Source: Roseibacillus sp.
GTDB taxonomy: Bacteria > Verrucomicrobiota > Verrucomicrobiia > Verrucomicrobiales > Akkermansiaceae
Direction: 5' to 3'
Length of the DNA stretch: 64,000 bases
NCBI GenBank assembly: GCA_965242925.1
Contig: CBDEUM010000014.1
Coordinates: forward strand, 160,001 to 224,000
The notes below the pieces were generated by a model that worked only from the letters and a program-made list of their open reading frames with translations, searched no databases and was not told the origin of the DNA. A program made the position numbers and the translations under genes. This document shows positions 56,792 through 64,000 of the stretch, piece by piece; positions within the stretch are counted from its first letter, which is position 1; every line of letters starts with the position of its first letter.

Positions 56792-59700
56792 GGCCGGGAC
56801 TGCGAACGCTCTTCTGCTGTCTGCCTTTTCTCGGTGTTCCACTCTTTGCCGCTGCGGAGGTCCCGATCTCCGACCCCCGCTGGGCCAAGGCCCAGAGCGC
56901 CTACGACGCCGGTCACAAGGATGAAGGTCACAGCCTCCTGATCGAACTCGCGGAGTCTCATCCCGGCCACCTCGATCTCGCGGTGGCCTGCTACTCGACC
57001 ATCCTTGAGGAGGAAGGGCGGCTCCTGAAATCCAATCCATGGATTGATCTCGCCGCTGGACGTCTCGTCGCCCTCGAACAGGTTGGCGCAATCTCTGCAA
57101 ACACCCGCTCCATCCACGAGGCCGTCCCGCGGTTTATCGACAAGGCCCTGCAGGACGGGCAACAGCTCGAAGCCCGCGAAACAACCGACCGCCTCTATCG
57201 GGAGAATCCCAATGACCTCTATTGGCGCATCCGTCAGGCCTATAATTACCGCCGCATGGACCTGCTGGACACCCTTCCCCTCTACCAGAAACTCAAGGAA
57301 GACCTCGACCCCGATCACCCCCATCCCTACACCCGCGAACTCTGGAGCTGGATGGACAACGAGTTGAAGATCATCGAGAAACTGCCCCATCCCATCTACC
57401 CCCTTCCAGAGGGCACTCCCCTCGCCCTCATGTCCCCCGACGACCCGGATGGCTACTGGCGGACCGTTCTCGACCGTTCCCCCGCCGATATCCCAATCCA
57501 GGTCGATCGTGTCGCCGCCCTTGCCCGCAACCAGATCATCCCCTGGCAGGATCAGACGGGCCTCACCGATCCCCTCCGGGCTCTCGACCTCCACCTGCAG
57601 TCCAAGCCTGCCGCCGAACTTGCCGCGCTGCGCACGCTCCAGGATGATCTCTTTGCCCGGGAGAGGCTGCCAAATCAACCGAAGGAAGCCGATCTGCTCT
57701 CCCTGAGTCGCCGGTTTGCCTGGTCGGCTGAAGTCCACAGAAAGCTGCTCGCAGTAGCCAACGAGGCCCTCTGGGAAGGCCGGTCCGAATCCGCCCTGCG
57801 TAGCTTTCGTGAAATTCTCACCCACTCCGCTGACCCGGCCCTGAGGGATGCCGCCCAGGTGGGAGCGTGGACGGCTCTCAAGCTGATCGGAGCATTCGGC
57901 GAGCTGCGGGCCTTCGCTGACGCCATCGACCCCGGCAAGACGTATCCCTGGATGGGCAAAACTGCCAAGGGAGCACAGATCAGGGCGGAGCTTCGCAAGG
58001 GAGTTCCCACCCCCCCTCCGACCCAGGCGCCTTCTCTCAAGGGGCTGAGCCAGCACGTCCTCCAGCTCCCTCCAGTTTCCCCCTGGCCTACCGACACCCC
58101 TGCCATCGGTTTTGGGATCGATCTCCAGATCGCTGGATCGCAGATCATCGCAAGTGGCCGCAACCTGCTGGTGAGCTACGATGCAAACGATCCGGGAACT
58201 CCTCTATGGTCCCATCTTCAACCCCATCCGATCGAACATCATCGCCACACCGGATTTCACCCCGGCTACTTCCGTCCGCTCATCCTCGACGACACCCTCT
58301 ACACCCGTTGGGGTCTCACCTCCCTCCCCAATGGGATTGCAGCCTTCGAACTGGCCGGGGGTCAACCTCTCTGGTCCTACGGCTACGACCGCGGCAGGTC
58401 TCCCTATTCAAGCGGGGTCCCCATGGGCGACCCTGTGGCTGCGGACGGCGGCCTCTTCTATCTGCAGTGGCATACCCCCGGTGGTGTCACCGACCGCAAC
58501 CGGACCGTGAGTCTCATCCATTTCGATCCCAACGAGCGGCGACCCCGCTGGTCGGCTGATCTCGTCAGAGCGGGCCGGGCCGCCGATATCAGCGGGAGCA
58601 TGCAACAGTCTGCCCCACAAAATACCATCTATGGGAATGCCGTCACCGTTCATCGGGGGGCCGTCTACTGCAACACCAACGCCGGCATGATCATCCGCTG
58701 TGACGTGCGCGACGGTCGCGTCGACTGGATTCACAATTACCGCCGGCAGAACTCCAGCCTCGTCCCCGAAAACCTGGGCGCGAAACCGATTATCAGCGGC
58801 AGCATGGTCATCTGCATGCCCCGGGATGATGGGCGGATCTTCGCCCTCGACCAGGACACCGGTCTTCTCGTCTGGGACAATCCCCTCGTGATGGGAACCG
58901 AGATGATCGGAGTCTCCGGGCACACCCTCGTCGTGCGAGGCGCAGGAGTCCTCTCCGGGCTGGACATCAAGACCGGCATAGCCCGCTGGTTCCGTCCTCT
59001 CCCCCTGGGGGCTCTCGGACGCGCACTTCTTCGGGGGGATTCTGTCTACCTCGGATCAGTCAGCGAGGTGACGCGCATCGAGGCCCTTACGGGCAAGGCG
59101 CTGGAGCGCCGCCCCTGGGCCCTCGGCGAGGCCCGGCCTCTGGCATTCACCATCGCCCACAACAGGATCTTCGTGATGAGTGACAATCCTGCCCCAGACC
59201 GCAGACACAACATCGGCGAACCCCTGGCCCGTATCAAGGTGTCACCCGCCTCTCTCAAGCTCCCGCTCCGACGCACCTGGAGCCTCACCCGCAGCGATGC
59301 CCGGATCGCCCTCGCCCCAGCCTCCTCGGGATTGCGGGACACCGCCTACCTTCTCTCCGGCGGCATCCTCGAATGTCTCGACCTCAGCCCCAGCGGATCG
59401 ATCAAATGGCGCCGCTTCGTGGACGCCCACAATGCATCCCTGTCCTTCGTTGGCGAAAAGCTCTTCCTCGTGGGAAACGGACGTTCGCGCCGCGGTCGTA
59501 ACCGGGCCGTCGCCCTCAGCGCCAGAAACGGACGTTTCCTCTGGGAGGCTCCTGTTCCCTCCGCCCTCGGAAATCCCTTCTTCTTCGGAACGAGGATCAT
59601 GTACCACGACCGCCGCGGCAAAATGGTGGTCCTCGACCACGAGAACGGAACCCAGGCCTGGGAACGCACCTTGAACGAGGGACATCTTGTCGATCCCTAC

Positions 59701-60933
59701 TGGGACGGCCAGAACCTGAATATCTTCCATGCCTCCAAGTGGCACGGACCTCACCACCTTGTTCTCGATCCCGCCACCGGTCGGACCATCCGGCGTAATC
59801 GTATCATTGTTGCCAACACTCCCTCTGCCAACCTGGCCCGCCCCCTGGAAAATGGATGGTTTGAAGTACGCTTTCCCGCTCGAACCGCCAGCTGGGTTCG
59901 GCTGACCGCCCTTTCCGAAGTCAATGGTGGAGGCTGGGCCTCCGCAGCGGAACTGCACGTTCTCGATGGGGACGGCAAACCTCTTCTCCGGGACAAGTGG
60001 ATCATCGAGGCAGAACACGAACGCAACAATGGTCTCCGGGCCCTGCCCCCCAATCTGGTTGATGGTGACCCCGCCACCTGGTGGCACTCGCCGTGGAAGC
60101 ATCCCGACAAACCCGCCATTGGAAAGATTGTTCCGCACCCCCATTTCATCCACATCAACCTCGGCGCACCCCAGCGCGTCAGCGGGTTTCAGTACCTGCC
60201 CGCCAAGATCAATAACAACAACGGCATGATTCGTGACTATGAGTTTCATGCACGGGTGGACCTTGACCGGGACTGGGGCGACCCGGTCGCCGCCGGAATT
60301 CTTGTCAACCGCCTTCACGTCAATCGTAACCACTTCGGTCCCGGTGCCGTATTCTTCGATGCCCGTAATTACCCTGGAAACAAACAGACTGTCTTCCGCT
60401 ATAATCTGGACGGCCAAGCCGCCCAGCCAGTCGAAGAAGAGGGCCATCTCCTTTCCACGCACGGACGCTATGCCCTCATCACCTCCAAGAATAAGCTCAT
60501 CCTGCGACGGTCCGATGATCCAAACTACCGCTTTGAACTCACACCCCACATCGAGCACGGACGCCACGGTGACATTGTCATAGAGGGTGACCGTCTCATC
60601 ATGGGGCGCCATAAGATCGCGATCGCCGACCTCAACGCCAAACGCTTCCTTGAGATCCCCGAGGATCCGAAATCACGCCGTCACCAGAATGGCAACTTTG
60701 TCCGCCTGCAGGATGGGCACTTCCTCAAGATCGTCCACCACGGCAACAAGCAGGAACTCGCCCTCATCAACATGACCACCGGGCACATCACGGAGGGAGT
60801 CCTGGAGACGCAGGTCGAGCGCTTCACCGAAGACCGCTTCCTCAAGCCCCCCCGCCAACGCCTCCTCACCTTCGACCGGACTCTCCTCTTCTACGACAAC
60901 TCAACCCTGAGTGCGTGGGTGGCTGCGAATTGA
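56788..60933 (+). CDS. Large exported protein: helical N-terminus, PQQ-like beta-propellers, permuted F5/8 type C (discoidin) domain
   Basis: ATGA overlap; signal peptide; blades ALDQDTGLLVW, GLDIKTGIARW, ALSARNGRFLW; DGDPATWWHS..PH...NLG...SGFQYLP. Confidence 0.78.
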   Translation: MRPGLRTLFCCLPFLGVPLFAAAEVPISDPRWAKAQSAYDAGHKDEGHSLLIELAESHPGHLDLAVACYSTILEEEGRLLKSNPWIDLAAGRLVALEQVGAISANTRSIHEAVPRFIDKALQDGQQLEARETTDRLYRENPNDLYWRIRQAYNYRRMDLLDTLPLYQKLKEDLDPDHPHPYTRELWSWMDNELKIIEKLPHPIYPLPEGTPLALMSPDDPDGYWRTVLDRSPADIPIQVDRVAALARNQIIPWQDQTGLTDPLRALDLHLQSKPAAELAALRTLQDDLFARERLPNQPKEADLLSLSRRFAWSAEVHRKLLAVANEALWEGRSESALRSFREILTHSADPALRDAAQVGAWTALKLIGAFGELRAFADAIDPGKTYPWMGKTAKGAQIRAELRKGVPTPPPTQAPSLKGLSQHVLQLPPVSPWPTDTPAIGFGIDLQIAGSQIIASGRNLLVSYDANDPGTPLWSHLQPHPIEHHRHTGFHPGYFRPLILDDTLYTRWGLTSLPNGIAAFELAGGQPLWSYGYDRGRSPYSSGVPMGDPVAADGGLFYLQWHTPGGVTDRNRTVSLIHFDPNERRPRWSADLVRAGRAADISGSMQQSAPQNTIYGNAVTVHRGAVYCNTNAGMIIRCDVRDGRVDWIHNYRRQNSSLVPENLGAKPIISGSMVICMPRDDGRIFALDQDTGLLVWDNPLVMGTEMIGVSGHTLVVRGAGVLSGLDIKTGIARWFRPLPLGALGRALLRGDSVYLGSVSEVTRIEALTGKALERRPWALGEARPLAFTIAHNRIFVMSDNPAPDRRHNIGEPLARIKVSPASLKLPLRRTWSLTRSDARIALAPASSGLRDTAYLLSGGILECLDLSPSGSIKWRRFVDAHNASLSFVGEKLFLVGNGRSRRGRNRAVALSARNGRFLWEAPVPSALGNPFFFGTRIMYHDRRGKMVVLDHENGTQAWERTLNEGHLVDPYWDGQNLNIFHASKWHGPHHLVLDPATGRTIRRNRIIVANTPSANLARPLENGWFEVRFPARTASWVRLTALSEVNGGGWASAAELHVLDGDGKPLLRDKWIIEAEHERNNGLRALPPNLVDGDPATWWHSPWKHPDKPAIGKIVPHPHFIHINLGAPQRVSGFQYLPAKINNNNGMIRDYEFHARVDLDRDWGDPVAAGILVNRLHVNRNHFGPGAVFFDARNYPGNKQTVFRYNLDGQAAQPVEEEGHLLSTHGRYALITSKNKLILRRSDDPNYRFELTPHIEHGRHGDIVIEGDRLIMGRHKIAIADLNAKRFLEIPEDPKSRRHQNGNFVRLQDGHFLKIVHHGNKQELALINMTTGHITEGVLETQVERFTEDRFLKPPRQRLLTFDRTLLFYDNSTLSAWVAAN

Positions 60934-61003
60934 ATCGGGCAGGAGGCCCGGATGAATTCACCGAAGGTCTTTCCAAACCCTTCCCTGGATCATAAGGAAG
61001 AGA

Positions 61004-62915
61004 ATGCGAATGTTCCTCGCCCTCCTCGCCGCCTGCCTCGGATTCACCATCGCTGCCCCGGCCAGGTTGCCCAATATCGTCTACATCATGTCCGATGAGC
61101 TCGCCTACTACGAGCTCGAGCACATGGGAAACCCCTACCTCAAGACCCCGCGAATTGATGGCATGGCGAAGGATGGCATCCGTTTCACCCACGCCTTTGC
61201 CGCCGCCCCGGTCTGCGCACCCCTGCGCTGCAACCTGATGACCGGCAAACATGCCGGTCATGCCTCGGTCCGTGCCAACGACGGCGGCACGCCCCTGCGC
61301 GCCGACGAAGCCACCATCGCTTCCCTGCTCAAGGAAAAAGGCTACGCCACCGGAGGGTTCGGAAAGTGGGGTGCCGGTGGACGGGACTCCACCGGTGTGC
61401 CGGAAAAACACGGGTTCGACCTATTCTTCGGTTACTACGACCAGGTCCACGCCCACTCCTTCTATCCACCCTATCTCATCCGCAACAGCGAGGAAGTGAA
61501 GCTGCCAGGCAACGAGGGCGGACGGACGGGCCAGACCTACTCCCACTACGCCATCATGGAGGAAGGCCTGAAGTTCATCCGCACAAACAAGGAGAACCCC
61601 TTCTTTTGTTACCTCCCCATCACCCCGCCCCACGGCATGTACGACATCCCCCGAGACGATCCGGCCTGGAAACAGTATAAGAACGAAGACTGGATCAGGG
61701 ATGAGAAGATCCCGCAGGACGTGAAGAACTACGCCGCCATGGTCACCATGGTGGACAACAACGTCGGACAGGTCCTCGACCTCCTTGAGGAACTCAAGCT
61801 CACCGACAACACCATTGTCTTCTTTACCGGCGACAATGGCGGCCAGGACCGCTTTCGTTCCGGCGACCATCCCCGGGGATTCTTCAGTCCCAACAAGGAC
61901 CCCGAAACGGGAGTTGAATTCCGGGGCGGCAAGGGAAACCTCTACGAGGGGGGCCTCCGTATTCCCTTTCTTGCACAATGGCCCGGCAGGATCAGAGGCG
62001 GGCAGGTGAGCCCTCTCATGTTCGCCCAGTACGACATCCTCGCCACCCTCACCGGGCTCGCAGGGGCCCGCACACCCAAGGACACCGATGGCATCTCAAT
62101 CCTGCCCACCCTCCTCGGGGAGGAGGCCGCGGGACACAAACAGGCAACCCATCCTCACTTCTACTGGGAGTTCGGCAACATGCAGGCCGTCCGTATCAAC
62201 AACTGGAAAGGCTTGCATATCCGCAACAAGAAGAGCTGGGAGCTTTACGACCTGAAGGAAGACATCAGCGAAACCACCAACCTCGCCAGCAAACACCCCG
62301 AAGTCATCGCCCGGATGAAGAGGATCATTGCCGAGAGCCACGAACCCGCCCGCCCCGGCAGCTACACCACGCGGGAGCGACACGAGCGGGACCGCTGGGC
62401 CAAGTGGGCAACCTCGCGCCCCCAGCCCTCGCCCCGCGTCGCCCGCATGAAGCGCATCAAGGACAGGAACCTCGTTCCCTTCGAGAAGATGAAACTGGTA
62501 AGTTTCAGCAGCGAGAACCCGTCCAATAACCGCAAGGCGATCTTTGCCATCGATGGTCGACCTGACACCGTCTGGCACTCCAACTGGTCGGATGGCCTGA
62601 GAAAGCATCCCCACGAACTGGTCATCGATCTTGGCGCCATCTACAGCATCTCCGGCTTCCGTTACCTCGCCCGGCAGGACGGAGGCTGGAATGGAGCCTT
62701 CGCCAAAACGGAGTTCTACGTGGGCAATTCCCCGGACTGAGTTTCCTTCCTGCGCTGCCAAGGCCACCTTTACCAAAGACAGGAAGGCGCAGTCCGCCAC
62801 CTGCGGGAAACCCGTCCGGGGGCGCTACGTCAAGGTCCGCGTCCTCTCCGAAGTCAATGGAGAAGCCTGGGGCTCCGCGGCCGATATCGGGGTAATCGGG
62901 AAGCCCGCAAAATAA
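61004..62915 (+). CDS. Secreted Cys-type sulfatase with C-terminal F5/8 type C domain, +1 frameshift near 62737
   Basis: CAPLRCNLMTG, GKWG, GDNGG, KGNLYEGGLRIP; AIDGRPDTVWHS..PHELVIDLG. ORF stops at 62740; the domain end GRYVKVRVLSEVNGEAWGSAADIGVIG is in the +1 frame to 62915. Confidence 0.88.
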
Positions 62916-62925
62916 CCTCGCCCGG

Positions 62926-64000
62926 TCAACACTCCTCCAGCGCTGCGTAGTCAACCGGCCGGTGGCAGTCGAGGGCCGCGGTGACAGGCGGCATCTCGTA
63001 TTTCAGCCCGGTTGCACAGTTGAACAGCACCACTGAGTCCTCGACGCCAACCCGCCCGGCCGCCAGTTCCTTCTTGTAGGCGGCATAGGTGGCCGCGCCC
63101 TCCGGGCAGAGAAGAATTCCCTCCAGATCGGCCATCTCAGCCCAGGCCTCTTCGATTGCGTCGTCGTCGACCGCGGTTGCCAAGCCATTGGTGGAGCGTA
63201 CGCCCCGCAGAATGAGGAAGTCTCCCACCGCGGTCGGCACCCGGATGCCTGCCGCCATGGTGTGAGCGTTTTCCCACGCCTCGGCATGCTCCGCACCTTC
63301 CTCCCAGGCCCTCACGATGGGGGCACATCCGCTGGCCTGCACCGCCACCATGCGCGGCCGTTTCGAGCCGATCCACCCCATCGCTTCCAGTTCATCGAAG
63401 GCCTTCACCATTCCGATCAGGCCCGTCCCCCCCCCGGTGGGATAGAAGATAACATCCGGCAGCTGCCAATCGAACTGTTCCGCCAACTCAAGTCCCATCG
63501 TTTTCTTACCCTCGATGCGATAGGGTTCCTTCAGAGTGGAGACGTCAAACCAGCCCATGGTCTCCACGCCCTCACGCACGATCCTGCCGCAATCGTGGAT
63601 CAATCCGTTGACCCGCCATACGCGCGCGCCCTGCATCGCAATCTCACGCAGGTTGGTCTCCGGGGTATCCTCGGGACAAAAGACAAAGATCTCCATGCCG
63701 GCCCGTCGTCCGTAGGCTGCCATCGCCGCGCCGGCATTCCCGTTGGTCGGGATGGCCAACTTGGCGAGGCCCAGTTCCTTCGCCATCGAAACCGCCAGGG
63801 CCAACCCGCGCGCCTTGAAGGATCCGGTCGGCAAGCGCCCTTCGTCCTTCACCACCACCGGGCCACCACCCAGTAGCGCCTGCACCCGGGGCACCGGTTG
63901 CAGGGGCGTGGTCACTTCCCCCAGCGTCACAATGTTCCGCGCCTGCCTGACAGGCAGAAACTCACGGTAGCGCCAGAAGTCCGCAGGTCGCCTCCGCAAG
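62926..64000 (-). CDS. thrC: Threonine synthase-like PLP enzyme (5'-truncated by the window edge)
   Basis: WRYREFLP, LGEVTTPL, KDEGRLPTGSFKARG (PLP Lys), EPYRIEGKKT, PTGGGTG, CPEGAA, CATGLK. Confidence 0.8.
   Translation of the reverse strand, partial: LRRRPADFWRYREFLPVRQARNIVTLGEVTTPLQPVPRVQALLGGGPVVVKDEGRLPTGSFKARGLALAVSMAKELGLAKLAIPTNGNAGAAMAAYGRRAGMEIFVFCPEDTPETNLREIAMQGARVWRVNGLIHDCGRIVREGVETMGWFDVSTLKEPYRIEGKKTMGLELAEQFDWQLPDVIFYPTGGGTGLIGMVKAFDELEAMGWIGSKRPRMVAVQASGCAPIVRAWEEGAEHAEAWENAHTMAAGIRVPTAVGDFLILRGVRSTNGLATAVDDDAIEEAWAEMADLEGILLCPEGAATYAAYKKELAAGRVGVEDSVVLFNCATGLKYEMPPVTAALDCHRPVDYAALEEC

Noticed and set aside
62732..62741. prfB-like programmed +1 frameshift at GAC-TGA-G
   Set aside because: No CTT-TGA slippery site or evident upstream Shine-Dalgarno; a simple indel is more parsimonious.

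Overview
GC-rich bacterial chromosomal window. Its gene content suggests the PVC superphylum, most likely a marine Verrucomicrobiota (inference): four Cys-type sulfatases, secreted CotH/lamin-tail proteins, PQQ-like beta-propellers, a DUF6797-type c-type cytochrome and a MoxR-DUF58-BatA cluster. I found no rRNA, tRNA, CRISPR array, transposase or integrase. The first ~31 kb is mostly large modular exported proteins plus a small transport/catabolic locus (enolase-superfamily enzyme, DUF3311 + Na+/solute symporter, MetE-like Zn enzyme, sulfatase). The middle holds gnd, fabV, an SDR and a PfkB kinase. 41.2-60.9 kb is a 10-gene MoxR/VWA operon of unknown function. Most notable: (i) an exported operon protein with (GDDGF)6 followed by an uninterrupted silk-like (Ala-Gly)38 tract; (ii) a C-terminal domain ending in LF(L/M)R(L/I) shared by several secreted proteins, a candidate sorting signal; (iii) a 2.9-kb single-gene segment bounded by a direct repeat of the neighbouring gene's 3' end; (iv) a ~164-aa C-terminal module shared by two otherwise different proteins; (v) a circularly permuted discoidin domain; (vi) two +1 frameshifts that cut off conserved C-termini. 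All family assignments come from motif recognition by eye, not database searches.
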